Position numbers and translations under genes: made by a program. A stretch of DNA of 64,000 nt from Bacteroides sp. (GTDB lineage: Bacteria; Bacteroidota; Bacteroidia; Bacteroidales; Muribaculaceae): NCBI GenBank assembly GCA_014802535.1, contig JAAVCC010000011.1, positions 95,315-159,314 of the forward strand, written 5' to 3'. Below, piece after piece: positions 62,947 to 64,000 of the stretch. The stretch's first letter is position 1; each line of letters opens with the position of its first letter. A model generated the notes under the pieces. The model did not search any database. It was not told the DNA's origin and worked only from the letters and a program-made list of their open reading frames with translations.

Positions 62947-64000
62947 ATGTTTAAAAATCAACCACCGGGCTTATATGTGCTCGCACTCGCCAATACAGGC
63001 GAACGTTTTGGCTATTATACCATGATAGCCGTATTTCTATTATTCCTCCAGGCAAAATTTGGTTTTGACGCCACTGTTTCAGGTCAGATTTATGCCGGTT
63101 TTCTAGCAACTGTTTATTTTATGCCTCTTGTCGGAGGATGGGTTGCTGACAAATGGAGTTTTTCAAAATGTGTTGTAACCGGGCTTGCCGTTATGTTTAT
63201 CGGTTATGCAATCATGTCTGTACCAACTGATATCCGCAGCACGTCGTCACTCATTATACTGATAACAGCATTGCTCCTGATTGCCGTCGGGACAGGCTTG
63301 TTTAAAGGCAACCTTCAGGTTATGGTCGGCGATCTTTACAACAATAAACAATATGAATCACAGCGCGACTCGGCGTTCTCTCTCTTCTACATGGCGATCA
63401 ACATCGGCTCAATGTTTGCTCCGATGGCTGCAACACAGATGTGTAACCTTGCTCTCAACGCCAAGGGATTAAACTATGTGGCAAGCCTCCCGGCTCTCTG
63501 CAATCAATATCTCGACAATGCGTCAGACGGCACTGACCTCGCTGCAACTTTCGCTGCCAACGGCATGGAGGTATCAGGGTCTTTATCTGAGATGGCAAAC
63601 ACCTATATCGCTACACTTTCAACCGGATACTGCTATGGTTTTGCCCTCGCATGCGTTTCACTGATTGTCAGCGCACTCATCTATTTTGGCGGTAAAAAAA
63701 CTTTTGCTCATATAATCGTTGATAAAAAATCGACAAACAATAATGAAGTAAAGGCTACAGAAAACATTCCTGAACTTTCTCCCGCGCAAACCCGCCAACG
63801 TGTAATCGCACTCCTTCTTGTCTTCACTGTTGTGATATTCTTCTGGATGGTATTCCATCAGAATGGTGCAACATTGACTGAATTTGCCAAATCTTGTACA
63901 TCTCCCGAAGCAACAGGCTTTACCCGTATCGGATTTAACGTGTGGGCACTCTTTAGCATCGCAATCGGAGTGTATGCCCTTTTCAATATTTTCCAAGCGA
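62947..64000 (+). CDS. Proton-dependent oligopeptide transporter (POT/PTR2, DtpT-like); partial, runs off the window end
   Basis: My own translation: MFKNQPPGLYVLALANTGERFGYYTMIAVFLLFL...GGWVADKW...GTGLFKGNLQVMVGDLY...FSLFYMAINIGSMFAP (both PTR2 signatures). There is no stop before position 64000, which is probably why it is missing from the ORF track. Confidence 0.85.
   Translation, partial: MFKNQPPGLYVLALANTGERFGYYTMIAVFLLFLQAKFGFDATVSGQIYAGFLATVYFMPLVGGWVADKWSFSKCVVTGLAVMFIGYAIMSVPTDIRSTSSLIILITALLLIAVGTGLFKGNLQVMVGDLYNNKQYESQRDSAFSLFYMAINIGSMFAPMAATQMCNLALNAKGLNYVASLPALCNQYLDNASDGTDLAATFAANGMEVSGSLSEMANTYIATLSTGYCYGFALACVSLIVSALIYFGGKKTFAHIIVDKKSTNNNEVKATENIPELSPAQTRQRVIALLLVFTVVIFFWMVFHQNGATLTEFAKSCTSPEATGFTRIGFNVWALFSIAIGVYALFNIFQA

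Noticed and set aside
63281-63996. ORF-track entries 63281-63472 (+), 63476-63664 (+) and 63658-63996 (-)
   Set aside because: All overlap the POT transporter frame that opens at 62947 and carries both PTR2 signatures. They are out-of-frame or antisense shadows.
1-64000. CRISPR arrays, rRNA genes, IS elements/transposases, retron or DGR reverse transcriptases
   Set aside because: Reading through the window, I saw no regularly spaced 25-40-nt direct repeats, no rRNA-like conserved blocks, no DDE/IS-type ORFs with terminal inverted repeats, and no YxDD reverse-transcriptase motif in any listed ORF.

Overview
This looks like a Bacteroidales (Bacteroidota) chromosomal segment. The evidence is a complete MoxR-DUF58-BatABCDE aerotolerance operon, many perfect TAnnTTTG -7 promoter boxes, and the overall gene content. 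There are four blocks. (1) 1-12.4 kb is the right end of a tailed prophage: tail fibre, holin, M15 endolysin, tape-measure protein and a tyrosine integrase, abutting the 3' end of tRNA-Ser(GCU). (2) 12.6-39.0 kb is core genome: a 7-alpha-HSDH-like SDR, a small ferredoxin, Lrp, metY, HU proteins, the Bat operon, rpsF-rpsR-rplI, a Smr/EFR1/sigma54 two-component/sbcD operon, dedA, rpe and mnmE. (3) 39.0-52.2 kb is an AT-richer, integrase-less defence island placed exactly at the 3' end of mnmE. It holds a decayed HTH gene, a five-gene m5C-methyltransferase + GHKL ATPase + Z1 + PD-(D/E)XK + AIPR cluster (Mza-like), Fic gene wrecks, an orphan 270-aa ORF with ADP-ribosyltransferase-like motifs, and a type I CBASS (patatin + CD-NTase). 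(4) 52.5-64 kb is core genome again: a Sel1 protein, dcp, a Pif1-like helicase, htpG, an acidic repeat protein, an XRE regulator, manA and a partial POT transporter. The best candidate for something undescribed is the orphan ORF at 48839-49651, sandwiched between the two recognisable defence systems. No CRISPR array, rRNA or transposase was seen. All homology calls come from motif recognition by eye and from memory, not from database searches.
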